Origin: the human T2T-CHM13v2.0 reference genome, Homo sapiens
DNA length: 64,000 nucleotides
NCBI RefSeq assembly: GCF_009914755.1
Contig: NC_060925.1
Strand: one strand, 5' to 3'
Made by a program: the position numbers and the translations under genes. The notes below the pieces were generated by a model. It saw only the letters and a list, made by a program, of their open reading frames with translations, searched no databases and had not been told where the DNA came from. Positions 59,513 to 64,000 of this stretch are shown one piece after another; position 1 is the first letter of the stretch; every line of letters starts with the position of its first letter.

Positions 59513-62472
59513 ACTTCTAGATAAGAGTCTTAAAAACAAACAAACAGAAGAAACCACTGGTCTGTTTATACAGTTTCAATTATAGTAATTTTTAGTTGCT
59601 TTAAGAGTGTGGTACTTTTTATGCAATAAGATTTTAAGCTTCTCAAAGGCAAGAGCTTGATTGTATAACTGGAGTTTAATGCCTAATTGACTCACTGTCT
59701 CTTTTGTTGGTTGATTAATTGATAGTCTTGTGGAAATTTGTTGTTTTAAACACATTAGTGATATATAATACAACAAAATTAGCATTTGATTTCATGCAGC
59801 TTAATATAGGCAACCCAAAATATCAAACTTCAAATATGCATAATTTATCCTAATTGCAAGACGGAAAGAAACAGGAAGTTTTTAAGGTTAAAAAATGAAC
59901 TGTCACATGTCTGTTAACCAAAGCTTTTAGTAATTATTTACTGACTTGCCCAAATTCTTTGGCCTTCTCAGTTTTAGCTAGGCAGATAATAATCTACTTA
60001 ACACAGCTTCTTATGTCAATGTTTGTCTCAGCCTTTGAGCATTCAGACCCAAACTGCCAATGCCCCCAGGAACCAGCAGAGCCTGCCACAACAAGATCTG
60101 CTTTGCAGAAATTCTTCTTGATGACCCTAACGGTTGAATCTTCTTAATGGCAAATTGAAATCTGCCATAGCAAAACTTTCAACGGATTTCTTTCTTCTTT
60201 CCACTTGGAAAAAAATAATAATATGTCTACATGCTTAAAGATTATAATTTTTCCAATATTTTAATACAGCTCATGAAATCCTCTTAGATGTTTTCTTTTT
60301 CAAGTTAACAATTCTTTGTTCCTCTAAGACATGAGTTTTTCAGAATATTTGCCATTCTGCCTGTCTGCCCCTGGGTGCATTGTACTTTCTCAAAGTCTAT
60401 GAGAATTGTGTCAGCCAAACCTTTATATTACACAGCACAGTTCATTGGGACTATTAGTTGTCTTGTTTTGGACACTATTTGTGTTACTGTGGCCTACATC
60501 TGCATTAATTTTTTAGCCTTTTTAAAAATATTATGTGTTCTGCCACAGTGGCTTTTCTGTCACATCCATATAATTTGACTTTTCTCAAATTATAATGTCT
60601 TATAATTAGAGATTTACAATCGAAAGCACCCCCTCCCTCACACTCCCACTCCCGCACCCAGCAAGGATAGAATTTCCTCAATACTATCATGGAAAACTTT
60701 CCCATCTGGCATTTAAAAAAAAAAAAAAAACAGAGTAAGTAGAAATATGACCTAGATTTTGAGTGACATTGTTTCACCTACTGAATACTCGTTCTGTGTG
60801 TGTGCTTTATAGGATGTCTGGGATCACTGTATATAAAATATAATCTATGAAATAGGATTTTATTTTTTGTAAGAGTAAATTGATTCAGAAGAAGGGAAAA
60901 TTCTCCCCTTCTGGAAATTCAAAGCAGAATTGCTACTGTTATTGTTTGTGGATTTTGTTGTTTAGTCTAGGTTTTTTATTTTGTTTATATTGAGCTGAGT
61001 CTACACACCTTTATAGTTGCTGGGGTCCAGCTTCTTCTGTAATTGCCTCAGAAATGCCATCCTGTGGGACACCTAGTACAATAAATTGTTCAAGCTTTTG
61101 GAAAAAAAAAAACTGAATTTTGTACAGCTTTTTGGTCTGGTGTCAAGTAAAGCCACAGATTAATTGTCTAAATTACTAACACAAGTCTAACACAAACTAT
61201 GGTGGTTTATTTACTACAGAAATTGCAGTATTGTTTTCATTGATTATGAGGAACTAATTTTTCCAGAAGTATGATGTACAACATAAAATAATGACTAGTG
61301 TTCACTCGCAGGTTGTTATACATCAATAGTCAATAAATAGCCTTGAACTGAAATTTTGTGAAGTTTTGTCTCTCACCAAAGCAAATTTTACATCCACTGT
61401 TGCATTTAGGAATTTATAGAAGGAAGATGGATCTCATAATAGATATTTTTCCAGAGCAAATTTGCTTCGGATCCAGAAATTTTAAAAATGAAGGCCGTTG
61501 TTTCAGGTCTCAAATTCTGAAACCTCCCGCTAGAACATGGAACTAAATTTCTGGAAGTAAGTGACTGTCTCTCGCTCATCTTTTGTAACCTCAGTCTCTA
61601 GCACCACTAATGAGTAGGCCCTAAAGAGATGCTTGTGGATGGAATAAATAATGAATGAATGGGTAATAAACAGTGCCAACTGTGGAAGTGAATATCTTGT
61701 GACAATCACAGGCATTACATTAAAAAGACAGAAGGAGCAAGGCACAGTGATATCAGGGGAGCTACACTGGAGACGTGATTGGAACATTGTTTGGGAGACC
61801 AGAACAGGTGACGATGTAGCAGGAAGATGGAAAATCACCAAGGACCACAGTATATGGCACGACTGGGCATCCATCAGCAACATGAGCAGGAAGAGAGCCA
61901 AAGTGTTGCTGAGAAATCTGTACCAGGAAAGAGATGTGTACTGTGTGTGGGAGTGATGTGCAAAGATAGCTCTCAGTGCACAGACAGAGCATATGTAGCT
62001 TGTTAATTTGGAGGTTTAAAAATTATATTTGATATATAAAATTAATAAAGATGATGAAAAATTAAAACTAAGAACAAGAAAATGGATGCAAAGAAGTCCT
62101 TAACTACATGTGTTTAGTGATCATAACAATTTATTATAAAATGCTTAGAGCTATAGTCATGCTCATGGGATGAATGATATTCACAAAATAAAAACAGCTG
62201 TGGGGAAATCACAAACAGTAACAGTGTCAATAAAGCCAATAAAATTTAAAGATGTACCTTCAAATATTATTCAAGTAGACAAAACATATGCAATTATCTC
62301 TTATGCCATATATGGCTCAGTTAAAGTGTAATTATAAAGAAATAGGTTGTATTTTGTAAACATTCAGTAACAGCCAACATAGCTTACCACAGCAAGATTT
62401 TTAATGCATCAGTATGTCTTGATAAATATGCACTTCCATATTCTATTGCACCTTCTGCATTACAACTTGCTA

Positions 62473-62850
<378 letters not shown>

Positions 62851-63329
62851 AAGAATAGAAAAGCTACATCGATGAGTAAAGGATTTCAGGTTTTATATGA
62901 CAGCATCTGTACTGTGGTTAATCAAAATGGATAAGTGTGTATTAGGAGTAAAAGCCCATGGTAACATAAGCCATAGACAAAAGGCAAATCTCATATTAAA
63001 GTTTGAAAAGAACAAACATCTTACTACATATTGTTACTAATATTGCTAGAGATTTTTTGTTTTTTAAAAAAGAATTATCCCAGGATGTATATGAAGAATA
63101 CATTTGGCCTTTCTTTAATAGCATGTGTAAATAATAACTTTAAAAGTTGTATATGTTTTATTTTATTTGAATACTTTATTTATGATTTTTAACACATTTA
63201 TATATCTTATTGTTTGTGGAAAAGCACACTTCATGTAAGTTATTATGTAACATGACATATGATTCAATTAATAATATACTTTGCATTTACATTGAATCTA
63301 TTTTTGTTAAAATTTTTCTCATACTTTCT

Positions 63330-63470
63330 TTCCTCACAGTAATTCCATGAGATAAGCAGATTAGGTAAAATAATCTCCATTTTAGAGATAAAGAAACTGA
63401 GACATAAAGAAGTTAAATATCTTGAGGCAGGTCATGCAAGCACATGACTTCCCAGGGCTTATTTCAGCTT
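63330..63470 (-). mobile_element. MIR SINE
   Basis: 'aatctccattttagagataaagaaactgagacataaagaagttaaatatcttg..ggtca'. Confidence 0.8.
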
Positions 63471-64000
63471 TCTGAATCATTTTCTTTGAAATCCCTTTCA
63501 GACCTTTCTCCTCTAGGTTTCTAGATGCCCCTGTTACAACATGCTGGATGGAGTAGTTAGAATATTGGTATCTGAGCAGATGATGGCAGATAATCCATCT
63601 AATACAGGCATAGAATAACTCCGACTTATTAGATTCACATATTCAAGGCCCAAGCAGGATATTTTTCTCATATCCAAAATTTATAAAGTATTAACTTTTG
63701 GTCATAATGATCACATTTATTCCTTTAAAAATAATCAACTTATAATGAAAATCAAGCAATTGTCATTTGGGGAAGAAAGAAGCAAAAATAAGAAATAATC
63801 CTTTATTATAAGAAATAAGAAAAAAGTAAGTAGTGGGATAGTAGCAGAAGAACTTTAGTTAAAACACTTGACTATAGTCTTCCTGATGAGAATGGTTCTA
63901 ATGCATTCTGCAGATTTTAGGAATATAAGAGGTGGCATGTCCTTCTGGACAAAAGACCACATGCCATTCCGGTAATCCTGATCATCTATCACCATAAACA

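Noticed and set aside
63933-63966. 8-bp inverted repeat TGGCATGT/ACATGCCA (also 9-bp A/T arms near 22931-22958 and a TA palindrome at 7565-7580)
   Set aside because: Short or low-complexity arms are expected by chance in 64 kb.

Overview
Primate (human-like) AT-rich, CpG-poor genomic DNA that is intergenic or deep-intronic and dominated by transposable-element fossils. I found no intact host protein-coding exon, CpG island, tRNA/rRNA gene or CRISPR array. Main content: (i) the 3' half of a young L1PA2/3-type LINE-1 (1-3110) with a disabled ORF2, inserted in an old L1M that is also split by Tigger3 (carrying an Alu) and MER47; (ii) a second old L1ME split by a stack of MaLR/ERVL elements (12.2-15.6 kb); (iii) a decayed 7SK retrocopy (~22.09-22.30 kb); (iv) an essentially full-length Tigger1 inside an L2 (28.8-31.2 kb); (v) a hAT (Zaphod/Tip100-like) fossil with a readable dimerisation motif; (vi) nine Alus plus many MIR, L2, MLT1, MLT2, THE1, MST, LTR16 and LTR33 pieces. 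Nearly all ORFs in the supplied track come from repeats or are chance ORFs. I see no convincing previously undescribed biological system. The points most worth checking are the 7SK retrocopy retaining both GAUC motifs, a templated micro-repeat inside an AluY, the nested insertions, a perfect hairpin and a few motif-dense unique segments. Subfamily names come from recalled consensus sequences, not from a search, and boundaries of old repeats are approximate.
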